Shown: positions 41,906-53,666 of the stretch, piece after piece | How positions within the stretch are numbered: position 1 is the stretch's first letter | How the letters are laid out: each line of letters opens with the position of its first letter | From: Mycoplasmatota bacterium | GTDB taxonomy: Bacteria; Bacillota_I; Bacilli_A; MAG-NZ | NCBI GenBank assembly: GCA_018394315.1 | Contig: CP074575.1 | Location: 1,520,615 to 1,584,614, forward strand | Reading direction: 5' to 3' | Length of the DNA stretch: 64,000 bases | Notes under the pieces: model-generated | Told to the model about the DNA's origin: nothing | Database searches by the model: none | What the model saw: only the letters and a program-made list of their open reading frames with translations | Made by a program: the position numbers and the translations under genes

Positions 41906-43060
41906 TTATTTAACAGCGGATTTAACACTTGCAGCAACACTTCTAGCTACACCTTTATCCATTGCATCAGGTATGATATTGTCATAAGATAACTTATCCT
42001 GAGGAATATAATTTGCAATTGCCATTGAAGCAGCTAACATCATTTCTTTAGTTATTTTTTTTGCTTTAGCATCTAGTGCCCCTCTAAATATTCCAGGGAA
42101 AGCAAGTACATTATTTACTTGATTAGGGTAATCACTTCTTCCTGTTCCTACTATTTTTGCTCCAGCTTCAATTGCTAATTCAGGCATTATTTCAGGTGTC
42201 GGGTTTGCCATAGCTAAAACAATAGGATCTGTATTCATTGACTTAATCATATCTTTAGATACTATTCCTCCCACAGATACTCCAATAAAAATATCTGTAT
42301 CTTTTATAGCATCTTTCAATGTACCTCTTATATTTTTTTTATTAACATAATTAAGTAGATCTTTTTTTAAGAAGTCGTAATCCTCCATTTTATCCTTATT
42401 TAAAATTCCATATTCATCTACTGCAACAATATCTTTTATACCATATTCATACAGCATTTTAATAATAGAACTTCCAGCAGCACCAGTACCGCATATACAA
42501 ATTTTTATCTGTTCTTTTTCTTTATTAACAATCTTAAGTGAATTAATAATTGCTGCTAATGTAACGATAGCTGTTCCGTGTTGATCATCATGAAACACCG
42601 GTATATCGAGTTCAGTTTTAAGTCTAGTTTCAATCTCGATACATCTAGGAGCTGAGATATCTTCTAGATTAATCCCACCGAATGATGGAGATAGTAGTTT
42701 ACAAGTTCTAATTATTTCTTCTGTATCAGTAGTGTCTAAGCATATAGGGAAAGCATCTACTCCTGCGAATGTTTTAAAAAGAATTGCTTTTCCTTCCATG
42801 ACTGGTAATGCAGCTTTTGGCCCTATATTTCCTAAACCGAGTACAGCAGTACCATCTGTTATCACAGCTACCATATTACCTTTAGAAGTGTACTCATATA
42901 TATTCAATTCATTTTCATGAATTTCTTTACATGGTTCAGCAACACCCGGAGAATAAAGTAGTGCTAAATCTTCTTTAGTGTTTAGTGGTGTTTTTGAGTT
43001 GACTTCTATTTTACCTTTATTGTCTTTATGTATTTTTAGCGCTTTTTCTTTATAATTCAT
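41906..43060 (-). CDS. NAD(P)-dependent malic enzyme
   Basis: YSPGVA, TDGTAVLGLG, VMEGKA, INLEDI, HDDQHGTA, NQVNN. Confidence 0.95.
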   Translation of the reverse strand: MNYKEKALKIHKDNKGKIEVNSKTPLNTKEDLALLYSPGVAEPCKEIHENELNIYEYTSKGNMVAVITDGTAVLGLGNIGPKAALPVMEGKAILFKTFAGVDAFPICLDTTDTEEIIRTCKLLSPSFGGINLEDISAPRCIEIETRLKTELDIPVFHDDQHGTAIVTLAAIINSLKIVNKEKEQIKICICGTGAAGSSIIKMLYEYGIKDIVAVDEYGILNKDKMEDYDFLKKDLLNYVNKKNIRGTLKDAIKDTDIFIGVSVGGIVSKDMIKSMNTDPIVLAMANPTPEIMPELAIEAGAKIVGTGRSDYPNQVNNVLAFPGIFRGALDAKAKKITKEMMLAASMAIANYIPQDKLSYDNIIPDAMDKGVARSVAASVKSAVK

Positions 43061-43112
43061 AATACCCTCCAATTTCTCGTATTGACCTGTAAATTATACC
43101 ATAATAAATTGA

Positions 43113-43141
43113 TTGACAAAATGATAATTAAAATTTATAAT
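43113..43141 (+). promoter_or_regulatory. Consensus SigA promoter of rnpB
   Basis: TTGACA-N17-TATAAT. Confidence 0.85.
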
Positions 43142-43147
43142 ATATAA

Positions 43148-43482
43148 TGCATACGGGTAATCGAGCAGTTTTTACTGTTAGGAAAGTCCATGCTAGCACA
43201 AACTGAGATGTTTGTAGTGTTTATGCTAAGGGAAAAAATAACCTTAGGCACGAAAGTGACGGCTGGTAAGTTACCTAAGTTTAGATATGGTAACACCTAT
43301 AAAAGTGCCACAGTGACGATGCTACACGAAAGTGTAGAGTGGAACGGGTAAACCCCATAAGCTAGAAACCCAAATTATGGTAGGGGCACTCTTTGAAGAG
43401 AATTCAATCTATCAAGGAGACGTATTTCGTAGATAAATGATTACCGCTTTTTAAAAGTACAGAACATGGCTTATAGTATGCA
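43148..43482 (+). ncRNA. rnpB: RNase P RNA, class B
   Basis: P1 TGCATAC/GTATGCA; GGAAAGTCCATGCT, AGTGCCACAGTGACG, GGTAAACCCC, AGATAAATGATTACC, ACAGAACATGGCTTA. Confidence 0.97.
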
Positions 43483-43496
43483 ATATAATAAAAAGA

Positions 43497-43530
43497 GTAG
43501 AAACTAGTAAATCTAGTTTCTTTTCTTTTA
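43497..43530 (+). terminator. rnpB terminator
   Basis: AGAAACTAG-loop-CTAGTTTCTTTTCTTT. Confidence 0.75.
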
Positions 43531-43624
43531 CGTTTTCAAAAAAAAAATTATAACTCACACTTGTTAAAGATATCATTTTTATGTAAAATATATTGATAGA
43601 TTTATAGAATAATAGGGTGAAATA

Positions 43625-45460
<1,836 letters not shown>

Positions 45461-45529
45461 ATAATAAAGCACACTGTGCTTTTTTATTTATAAAGATGTG
45501 ATAAAATAAATAAAGAGATGGAGGTTTAT

Positions 45530-46630
45530 ATGCTTGGTCTTTACATACATATTCCATTTTGTGATAAGATCTGTTTTTACTGTGACTTTCCAAAAAGAAT
45601 ATCTAATATAAATAAAAAACAAAGGTATGTTGATTCTTTAATAACTGAATTAGACTTTTATACTAATTATATGAATCAAGTAAAAACAATATATATAGGT
45701 GGTGGTACACCGAGTTCAATGCCACACACATTACTTGAAAAATTGTTTAGTGTGCTCCCTAAAGATGTTAAAGAGTTTACTGTGGAATGTAATCCTAATG
45801 ATATTACCGAAGATCTATTAACACTTTTTAAAAAATATAACGTTGATAGGATAAGTCTTGGAGTTCAATCTTTTAATGATAATCATTTGAAGTTAATTGG
45901 TAGAACACATAGTAAAGAAACAACTATTAATTCAATCAATTTAATTAATAAATATAATTTCAATTTAAGTATTGATATGATATTTAACATTCCAAGCCAA
46001 ACTTCTTTTGATGTTAAAGAAGAACTAAAGATTATAGAGGCCTTAAATATTGATCATGTATCTTATTATTCTTTGATTTTAGAAGATAAAACGATTTTCA
46101 ATAAGATGGTAAAAAACAATTCCCTTACAATTAATGATATTGATATTGAAACAGAGATGTTTGAACTAGTAATAGAAAAGCTTACTGAAATAGGTTTTAA
46201 TCATTATGAGATAAGTAATTTCGCTAGACCTAATAAAGAAAGCCAACACAATAAGATATATTGGGATAATGAAGAATATATTGGAGTAGGGATGAGTGCT
46301 TCAGGTTATTTAAACGGAGTAAGATATCAGAACATTAATTTACTAGATGATTATATAGAACATATAGCTAAGTATGGTAATAGTGTAAAAGAGAAAAATT
46401 TACTATCTCTAAAAGAGAAAATGTTTAATGAACTAATGTTAGGGTTTAGACAAATTAACGGAATAGATATTCAAAAGTTTAAATATAAATATGGAAAAAG
46501 TATTCTAGATATTTATCCGGAATTAACTAAACTTATAGATGAATCATATATTTATCTAGAAAATGATAATTTGAAACTTACTAAAAAAGGAATATTTTTA
46601 AATAATGAAGTACTTGTTAGATTACTTTAG
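45530..46630 (+). CDS. hemW: Radical SAM heme chaperone HemW
   Basis: YIHIPFCDKICFYCDF, GGGTPS, YEISN, HNKIYW; follows lepA. Confidence 0.92.
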   Translation: MLGLYIHIPFCDKICFYCDFPKRISNINKKQRYVDSLITELDFYTNYMNQVKTIYIGGGTPSSMPHTLLEKLFSVLPKDVKEFTVECNPNDITEDLLTLFKKYNVDRISLGVQSFNDNHLKLIGRTHSKETTINSINLINKYNFNLSIDMIFNIPSQTSFDVKEELKIIEALNIDHVSYYSLILEDKTIFNKMVKNNSLTINDIDIETEMFELVIEKLTEIGFNHYEISNFARPNKESQHNKIYWDNEEYIGVGMSASGYLNGVRYQNINLLDDYIEHIAKYGNSVKEKNLLSLKEKMFNELMLGFRQINGIDIQKFKYKYGKSILDIYPELTKLIDESYIYLENDNLKLTKKGIFLNNEVLVRLL

Positions 46631-46640
46631 CAGGTGAATT

Positions 46641-47057
46641 ATGAATAAAAAATTTGATATATTAATTATGGTTTATATTATTGGAGTCTTGATTGGATCT
46701 TTATTAAATTTTTACTTTAGTAAATCATCTATTGTATTAGAAGAGAATAGCTACTGGGTTGCAACGAAGTCGTTTGTTAGTAGTTTGATACTATTAAGTC
46801 TAGCATTTAGATTAGCGAAGTTGAACTTGATTTCATATCCTTATTTATTAATTTTAGGAATAGTATCTGGAAATGTATTTTTAGAACTTTTTTCTATTCT
46901 AGATGTTTTCTTAGTTATATACAAGACAATATTATATGTTATTTTAGTATTCTTTATAATAATTTTTAGTAGTATGAAAGTAAAAAAGAGAGATAGTACA
47001 TTTCCTATTATTTTTATTTCCTTTATATATGCTGTGTTAAACTATTTTATTAATTGA
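46641..47057 (+). CDS. Membrane protein, possibly a shortened SpoIIM-like protein
   Basis: Hydrophobic, YIIGVLIGSL N-terminal helix; lies before xerD-deoB as Bacillus spoIIM does. Confidence 0.4.
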   Translation: MNKKFDILIMVYIIGVLIGSLLNFYFSKSSIVLEENSYWVATKSFVSSLILLSLAFRLAKLNLISYPYLLILGIVSGNVFLELFSILDVFLVIYKTILYVILVFFIIIFSSMKVKKRDSTFPIIFISFIYAVLNYFIN

Positions 47058-47067
47058 AGAGGTCAGT

Positions 47068-47967
47068 ATGAAAAGATATATTAATCAATTCAAGTATTAC
47101 TTGCGTAGTGAAAGATTCTATTCACATAATACTTTAGAATCTTACATTAATGATTGTAAACTTTACATTAATTATTTGGGAAATACACATAATATTGCTG
47201 ACCCTAGAGGTATAAAGAAAACACATATTCAATCTTTTATAAGGAATGAAAAAAGAAAAAATAGTAAGACTTCGACTATCTCAAGAAAACTTTCAGCGAT
47301 CAAAACATTTCACAAATACTTATTACTTGAAAAATATGTTAATGAAGATGTATCCAAAACAGTTGAAGCACCAAAACTTGAAAAAAAATTACCATCAGTA
47401 CTTTCCTTTCAAGAAGTTGAAATTATACTGGACAACTTACCAGAAGAAACTATAATTGATATAAGAAATAAAACAATGGTTGAATTGTTATATGCAACAG
47501 GAATTAGAGTTAGCGAATTAGTGAATTTAGATGTTGCGGATATACATTTGAATATGGGTTTTATACACGTTAAAGGAAAAGGAAATAAAGAAAGAATAGT
47601 ACCAATAGGTGAAATAGCTGAGACTGTGCTTAGAAAGTATATAATAGAATCTAGGACTGTCTTAAATAAAAAAAATGTTCAAGGCGCACTATTCTTGAAT
47701 TATCAGGGAAATAGAATAAGTCGTCAATCCTTTTGGAAATTTCTAAAGAAGTATGCAAAAGAAGTTGGAATAGAAAAAGATATCTCACCGCATAAACTCA
47801 GGCATAGTTTTGCGACACATCTACTTGAAAATGGTGTGGATTTAAGAGTAGTTCAAGAACTATTAGGTCACGAGGATATATCTACAACACAAATATATAC
47901 TCATATTAATAAATCACATTTACAATCAGTATATGAAAAGGCTCATCCAAGAGCCAAAAAGGAATAG
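47068..47967 (+). CDS. xerD: Tyrosine recombinase XerD
   Basis: YATGIRVSEL, GKGNKER, HKLRHSFATHLL, LGH..TTQIY, HPRA; xerD-deoB synteny. Confidence 0.93.
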   Translation: MKRYINQFKYYLRSERFYSHNTLESYINDCKLYINYLGNTHNIADPRGIKKTHIQSFIRNEKRKNSKTSTISRKLSAIKTFHKYLLLEKYVNEDVSKTVEAPKLEKKLPSVLSFQEVEIILDNLPEETIIDIRNKTMVELLYATGIRVSELVNLDVADIHLNMGFIHVKGKGNKERIVPIGEIAETVLRKYIIESRTVLNKKNVQGALFLNYQGNRISRQSFWKFLKKYAKEVGIEKDISPHKLRHSFATHLLENGVDLRVVQELLGHEDISTTQIYTHINKSHLQSVYEKAHPRAKKE

Positions 47968-49149
47968 GTGAATAAAATGTATAAGAGAATATTTTTAATA
48001 GTTATTGATTCAGTCGGAGTTGGCGAATTACCAGATGCTAAAGATTATAATGATACTGGAGCCAATACTTTAAAAAATCTATCAATTGAAGCTGGAGGTA
48101 TAAAATTACCTTTGCTAGAGAAACTTGGAATAGGTAACATTACAGATATAAAGGGAGTTAAAAGAGATTACAAAAATTCATTCTTTGGAAAAATGAAGGA
48201 ACTATCAATTGGAAAAGACACAATGACTGGTCACTGGGAAATGATGGGACTAAAAGTAACAAAACCATTCAAAACTTTTACTGATACAGGATTTCCCACT
48301 GATTTAATAAGTGAATTAGAGGAAAAGAGTGGAAGGAAAGTAATTGGAAATATTTCCGCAAGTGGAACTGAAATAATTAAAGAATTAGGTGAAAGACATT
48401 TAAAAACAGGTGAAATAATTGTTTATACTTCAGCAGATTCTGTTTTACAAATAGCAGCTAACGAAGAAGTTGTTCCATTAGAAGAATTATATAGCATTTG
48501 TAAAATTGCGAGAGAGATTACTTTAAAGGATGAATGGCGCGTTGGTAGAATAATTGCAAGACCATTTATAGGACAAGATAAAAACACATTCAAGAGAACA
48601 CCAAATAGACACGATTATGCACTTGAACCATTTGATAGAACAGTATTGAACGCACTCGCAGACGCTGGTTTTGATGTTGTTTCTGTCGGGAAGATATATG
48701 ATATATTTAATGGAAGTGGGATAACCGAAAGTCATCCTATAAAATCTAATCATGATGGAATGGATAAAGTATCTGAATTAATTGATAAGGATTTCAATGG
48801 GTTATGTTTCATTAATTTAGTAGATTTTGATGCTCTGTACGGTCATAGAAGAGATTCTATTGGATATAAAAATTGCTTAGAGGAATTTGATTATGACTTA
48901 TCTAATATAATTGATAAATTTAGTGAAGATGATTTATTAATTATTACAGCTGACCATGGAAATGATCCTACCTTTACGGGGACTGACCATACTAGAGAAT
49001 ACGTACCATTACTTGTTTATAATCAAAAACTAGTTGGAGGAGAGCTAAAAGTAAGAGAATCTTTTTCTGATTTAGGTGCAACAATAAGTGAAAATTTCAA
49101 AGTTGATTCTCCTAAAATTGGTGATAGTTTTTTACCGAAACTTAAGTAG
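47968..49149 (+). CDS. deoB: Phosphopentomutase
   Basis: DSVGVG, GKDTMTGHWE, YTSADS, YGHRRD, TADHGNDPT. Confidence 0.97.
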   Translation: MNKMYKRIFLIVIDSVGVGELPDAKDYNDTGANTLKNLSIEAGGIKLPLLEKLGIGNITDIKGVKRDYKNSFFGKMKELSIGKDTMTGHWEMMGLKVTKPFKTFTDTGFPTDLISELEEKSGRKVIGNISASGTEIIKELGERHLKTGEIIVYTSADSVLQIAANEEVVPLEELYSICKIAREITLKDEWRVGRIIARPFIGQDKNTFKRTPNRHDYALEPFDRTVLNALADAGFDVVSVGKIYDIFNGSGITESHPIKSNHDGMDKVSELIDKDFNGLCFINLVDFDALYGHRRDSIGYKNCLEEFDYDLSNIIDKFSEDDLLIITADHGNDPTFTGTDHTREYVPLLVYNQKLVGGELKVRESFSDLGATISENFKVDSPKIGDSFLPKLK

Positions 49150-49158
49150 ATAATTGTA

Positions 49159-49350
49159 ATGAAATAAATAATTGGAATAGATATAGGAGGTGCATCAATT
49201 AAAGTAGGTTTATTTATGAAGACTTACGCAGTAAAAAAGCACTATATTGAATTGATGCCGCTTCTGAAATGAAAGCATTAGAATTCCAATTATCGAAACT
49301 AGGATATGATGCAGGAGGTTATAGCGCTGCATACTTAGTGAAGGAAATAA
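49159..49350 (+). pseudogene. ROK-family (glucokinase-like) pseudogene with large internal deletion
   Basis: MK*IIGIDIGGASIKVGLF joined to ..LEFQLSKLGYDAGGYSAAYLV. Confidence 0.8.
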
Positions 49351-49383
49351 AAAGAAGTTACTATTTACTAGAAACTTCTTTTG
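49351..49383. terminator. Bidirectional terminator
   Basis: AAAGAAGTT..AACTTCTTTT between convergent units. Confidence 0.65.
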
Positions 49384-49391
49384 TTTTGTTT

Positions 49392-50030
49392 TTATTGCCC
49401 TTTAAAATAACTTAGGATATTCGAATTAGTTTTTGTCTTCGGATCATATTTAAAGAGTTTAAAAAAGACATCAACAAAATATCCTGAGAACAACATTAAG
49501 ATCAATGTACCAATTCCATATGTACCACCAAAAATTACTCCAATTGTAAAGACTATTATTTCTATTGCTGGTTTAACATACTTAACATCTATTTTTGTGA
49601 ACTTTACAACTCCCACAAATAGTCCATCACGAGGTCCTGCTCCAAGATTACATGATATATATAATGCTCTACCAAAATTTAAAACAATAAAGCCAACAAT
49701 AAAGAATAACAATTGCATAATTACTGAGTCACTAATCTCAAATAAATTACTCTCTAGTAATAAGTCAATAAATTTACCAACCAAAAATATATTTAAGACT
49801 GTTCCTATTCCAGGGTAAATCTTTAAGAAAAATGAAAACACCAAGATTATATACCCTATTATCTCAATGATTGCTCCAAATTTAATTCCTGTCACATCAC
49901 TCATACCTTCATGAAACACGCCCCATGGATCTAATCCTATCCCAGATTGTTTTAATAACACAATCCCAAGTGATAGAACAAATAATGCGAATACTAATAA
50001 AGGGACTCTTTTTATATCTCTTTTCAACAT
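49392..50030 (-). CDS. YczE/YitT-like membrane protein
   Basis: GLDPWGVFHEG, PGIGT, LGAGPRDGL, GGTYGIGT. Confidence 0.88.
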   Translation of the reverse strand: MLKRDIKRVPLLVFALFVLSLGIVLLKQSGIGLDPWGVFHEGMSDVTGIKFGAIIEIIGYIILVFSFFLKIYPGIGTVLNIFLVGKFIDLLLESNLFEISDSVIMQLLFFIVGFIVLNFGRALYISCNLGAGPRDGLFVGVVKFTKIDVKYVKPAIEIIVFTIGVIFGGTYGIGTLILMLFSGYFVDVFFKLFKYDPKTKTNSNILSYFKGQ

Positions 50031-50152
50031 CTTTTACACCTACTTTAACAATTACTCAAAGAATTATAACATAATAAATAAATGTTTTACATTAGTTTGC
50101 ATTAGGATATTTATTTAGTATAATTAATTTAGCAAATAAAGGAATGGTGTTT

Positions 50153-50710
50153 ATGAAAAAAATTATAGTAAAAGATTACAACAATGAATGGCCGGATTTA
50201 TTTAATAGGTCAAAAAGTATTCTACTAACTCATCTTTCACCATTAGATGTAGACATACAGCATGTCGGAAGTACATCAGTACCAGGTTTACCGTCAAAGC
50301 CGATTCTAGATATTGATATTATTGTACCAGATGAATCTGTTCTTTTGGATACTATTAAGTCTTTAGAAGGATTAGGTTATGTTCATGTAGGAAATTTAGG
50401 TGTAGAAGGACGAGAAACATTTAGACAAACAAAATCTATTGAAGGATTAGAGTACCCTCATCACTTGTATGCAGGGCTAAGGAATAGTTTAGGTATTAGA
50501 AATCATATTCTTTTTAGAGATTATTTAAGAAACAATTTAACTAAGCGAAATGAGTATGGTATATTAAAAATGGAGTTAGCTCAATTATATGAAAATGATA
50601 TAGATTTGTATATTGATGGTAAAACTAAATTTATAACTAATATATTATTAGATTGCGATATGAATCATATCGAGCTTTCTAAAATTATAGACTCAAACAA
50701 AAAAAAGTAG
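50153..50710 (+). CDS. GrpB family (UPF0157) protein
   Basis: HVGSTSVPGL.SKPILDID, HILFRDYLR, Y..LK, YIDGK. Confidence 0.92.
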   Translation: MKKIIVKDYNNEWPDLFNRSKSILLTHLSPLDVDIQHVGSTSVPGLPSKPILDIDIIVPDESVLLDTIKSLEGLGYVHVGNLGVEGRETFRQTKSIEGLEYPHHLYAGLRNSLGIRNHILFRDYLRNNLTKRNEYGILKMELAQLYENDIDLYIDGKTKFITNILLDCDMNHIELSKIIDSNKKK

Positions 50711-50720
50711 GAGGATATTT

Positions 50721-52475
50721 ATGAACAAATGGGACTTAAATAATTTGTACAATGAATTTAACAGTGAATATTTAAAAGACTTTGAAGATGTTGAAGAACT
50801 GATTGGTGCTTTGAATAAGGTAACTGAATTCAAAGAAGATGAAATCAGTACTATTGAGGAGTATTTAAATATTCAAGAAAAGATTAAAAGGAAATTAAAA
50901 GGACTTCAAGGTTATCCCACTCTTAGAGTAGCTACTAATGTTAATGATAACGATGCTTCGAAGTTTCTAAGTAACATTCAAAACTTGATTACTAAAATAG
51001 TAGAACCAGAAGTACTATTTAAAAGTTGGTTCAAGAATGTTAATTATAAAAATTATGAGAGCGAAATAATTAAGCGAAATGAATATTACTTATCTAGATT
51101 AAAAAAAGAGGCTCAAAATTTATTAAGCGAAAAAGAAGAAGTGTTGTTTGCTAAAATGAGTTTATCAGGAGGAAATGCTTGGTCCAAACTTCAAGGAGAA
51201 CTAACCTCTAAATTAGAAGTTGAAATGGTTCTAGATAAAGAATTAGTAAAGATACCTTTATCGGAGGCAAGAAATTTAGCGTACTCAGATGATTCCCAAA
51301 TACGTAAAACTGCATATGAGGCTGAACTTAAAACGTATGAAAAAATAGAAGATTCAGTAGCCTACTGTATTTCTAATGTTAAAAAAGAAGCTCGTTTAAT
51401 TTCCGAAATGAGAGGGTTTAATTCACCACTTGAAAAAACTTTAAGTGATTCAAGAATGAGTAAAGAAACTCTAGATTCCATGTTAGAATCAATAAAAGAT
51501 TACTTACCTAACTTTAGAAAATATTTGAAAAAGAAAGCAGAATATTTAGGGTATGAGAATGGGTTACCATTTTATGATTTATTTGCACCACTTGGAAAAA
51601 ATACAAAGACATATACTTATGAAGAATGTCAAGATATCGTAAATAATAACTTTGAAAGTTTTTCAATAGAGTTAGCTGATCTATCTAGAAAAGCTTTCGA
51701 AAATAATTGGATAGATGTTGAGCCGAGAAAAGGTAAACGCGGAGGAGCGTTTTGTTATAATTTACAACACATTGATGAGAGTAGAATTTTAACAAACTTT
51801 ACAGGATCGTTTTCAAATGTAACTACTATAGCACATGAATTAGGTCACGCATATCATGGAGCACAAGTTTCAAATAATACTCCTCTAAATTGGGATTACA
51901 CAATGCCGGTAGCTGAAACTGCCTCAATATTTTGTGAAACCGTTGTGACTAAAAATATTTTAAAAGACTTAGAAGACGATGATAAATTAACAATATTAGA
52001 GCAAACTTTAAAAGGACAAACACAGGTTATAGTTGATATCATGAGTAGATATTTATTTGAGTCAAAGGTATTTGATAAAATAGATAATGGTCATGTAACA
52101 GCAAATGAGTTGAGTGAATTAATGATCGAGTCACAAAAAGAAACTTACGGAGATGTTTTAGATTATAACTATTTACATCCATACATGTGGATTAATAAAT
52201 CACATTACTATAGACCTAACTTACAATTTTATAATTTCCCATATGCATTCGGACTTCTATATGGTAAAGGGCTATATTCTATTTACCTAGAAGATAAAGG
52301 ATCATTCGTTCAACAGTATGATTTAATGTTAAGAGAGACTGGAAAAAACACAGTAGAGAATGTAGGTAGTATGATGGGAATAGATGTGACTAACAAGGAA
52401 TTTTGGGAGTCGTCTTTAAAAATTATTTCTCAAGATATCGATGAGTTCTGTAAATTAGTGGATAAGTTAAAATAG
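50721..52475 (+). CDS. M3 family oligoendopeptidase F
   Basis: WDL, KGKRGGAFC, HELGHAYH, AETASIF, FYNFPYAFG. Confidence 0.94.
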   Translation: MNKWDLNNLYNEFNSEYLKDFEDVEELIGALNKVTEFKEDEISTIEEYLNIQEKIKRKLKGLQGYPTLRVATNVNDNDASKFLSNIQNLITKIVEPEVLFKSWFKNVNYKNYESEIIKRNEYYLSRLKKEAQNLLSEKEEVLFAKMSLSGGNAWSKLQGELTSKLEVEMVLDKELVKIPLSEARNLAYSDDSQIRKTAYEAELKTYEKIEDSVAYCISNVKKEARLISEMRGFNSPLEKTLSDSRMSKETLDSMLESIKDYLPNFRKYLKKKAEYLGYENGLPFYDLFAPLGKNTKTYTYEECQDIVNNNFESFSIELADLSRKAFENNWIDVEPRKGKRGGAFCYNLQHIDESRILTNFTGSFSNVTTIAHELGHAYHGAQVSNNTPLNWDYTMPVAETASIFCETVVTKNILKDLEDDDKLTILEQTLKGQTQVIVDIMSRYLFESKVFDKIDNGHVTANELSELMIESQKETYGDVLDYNYLHPYMWINKSHYYRPNLQFYNFPYAFGLLYGKGLYSIYLEDKGSFVQQYDLMLRETGKNTVENVGSMMGIDVTNKEFWESSLKIISQDIDEFCKLVDKLK

Positions 52476-52499
52476 AAATAACATAATAATAAATTATTT

Positions 52500-52535
52500 A
52501 ATAGCTATAAGAATATATCCTTATAGCTATTTTTC
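52500..52535 (+). terminator. Intrinsic terminator
   Basis: AATAGCTATAAG-loop-CTTATAGCTATTTTT. Confidence 0.8.
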
Positions 52536-52655
52536 TTTACTTTAAAAAATATTATAAAAACCCTTATATATACAATAGATGGAACTAGATGATTTATAAT
52601 TATCCACTTTTCAACATATCGCTCTGTTTTTCGCTTACCTATCCCACTATCTATT

Positions 52656-52683
52656 GGTTAACATAATATATATTATAGGAAGT
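52656..52683 (-). other. dif: dif chromosome dimer resolution site
   Basis: Minus strand ACTTCCTATAA-TATATA-TTATGTTAACC, 3 mismatches from B. subtilis dif as I recall it (ACTTCCTAGAATATATATTATGTAAACT); gene orientation switches here. Confidence 0.92.
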
Positions 52684-52700
52684 TATTAAGGTTATAGATA

Positions 52701-52770
52701 AATCCGATATATAATGTCGAAATAAAACATTTAATATCGGATTGTGCAGTTTACATATTAATTTCGACTT
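52701..52770. repeat. Four copies of a 10-bp motif (ATRTCGRAWT) in mixed orientation
   Basis: AATCCGATAT 52701, ATGTCGAAAT 52714, ATATCGGATT 52734, ATTTCGACTT 52761. Confidence 0.6.
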
Positions 52771-52875
52771 ATTCTCTCGCGTTAAACTATCTCATTTAAA
52801 TATGCTTGAGCTAGTTAAATTTTGCTCTGTTTCTTCTTTTGCTAGTCTTTGTACTAAATTGTACTTTTATTACTA

Positions 52876-53658
52876 CTAAAGTATCTTTATAGTATTTAAT
52901 CCCCATTCAGCTGCTAGTCGATGTGCTTCGTGAAATTCTGCATCGTTATGTTCTGTGAAATGATGAGCATCTGAATTTACGATTACTTTACAATTGTAAG
53001 TTTTAACTATATCCCAAAACTCTTTTCTGGGATAGTGGTATCTTAATCCCTGAGGGCTCTTAATCGTTCCTCTCCTAATTCCGTTAGCGTTGAGTTCTAA
53101 TGGTACGTCGTATTCAATTGACGCTTTAGCGATTATATGAGCTACTCTTTCACTTACTTCATTCCACTCTCCACCTAACAAAAATAGATCAGGATGTGAC
53201 ATGAATTTGTAAAACCCGGTCTTGAAAGCTTTAATAGTATTTTTGGCATACTCCAAAACGTGGTGTTCTCTTTTGATTGAAAAACTTGAAATTGTTTTAC
53301 CGTCATATATGAAATCGTGATTACCAAAGATTAAATAATCTACTTTGTTAGATAATCTTTTTATGTACTCATGGTGACTCTCGAAATATTCAGTTTCAAG
53401 TCCTATCAAAACTTGAATCTTATCTTTATACTTAGATTTACATTCTTGTAATTCAGAAATATAATCGTCTAATTCATTTAGTTTCATCCTATGTAAGAAT
53501 GTTCTATCGGATGGAATATTTCCAATCTTTATCAACGGTGCATGATCGGAAATACCGAATATATCAAAGTTGTGTTCGATAGCTTTTTTTATATGTTCTT
53601 CCGATGTTCCTTCAGCATGTCTACATAGTGCTATATGTGAATGATAATTTGTCTTCAT
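52876..53658 (-). CDS. PHP family phosphatase (histidinol-phosphatase HisJ-like)
   Basis: NYHSH..CRHA, SDHAP, GLETE, GNH, HPD, ELNAN, NSDAH. Confidence 0.9.
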   Translation of the reverse strand: MKTNYHSHIALCRHAEGTSEEHIKKAIEHNFDIFGISDHAPLIKIGNIPSDRTFLHRMKLNELDDYISELQECKSKYKDKIQVLIGLETEYFESHHEYIKRLSNKVDYLIFGNHDFIYDGKTISSFSIKREHHVLEYAKNTIKAFKTGFYKFMSHPDLFLLGGEWNEVSERVAHIIAKASIEYDVPLELNANGIRRGTIKSPQGLRYHYPRKEFWDIVKTYNCKVIVNSDAHHFTEHNDAEFHEAHRLAAEWGLNTIKIL

Positions 53659-53666
53659 ATTAACTC

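Noticed and set aside
46525..46552. SigE-like -10 (CATATATT) inside hemW, upstream of the spoIIM-like gene
   Set aside because: The -35 match is poor and the motif is too common in AT-rich DNA
47068..47967. Tyrosine recombinase as a phage or island integrase
   Set aside because: XerD-type sequence in conserved xerD-deoB context; no att sites or mobile genes nearby
52600..52616. DnaA-box-like TTATCCACT / TTTTCAACA near dif
   Set aside because: Only mismatched copies, too few for a cluster; may be chance
52770..52872. Possible minus-strand gene-end relic (KYNLVQRLAKEETEQN..LAQAYLNEIV)
   Set aside because: Needs a frameshift, has no start, and I cannot assign a family
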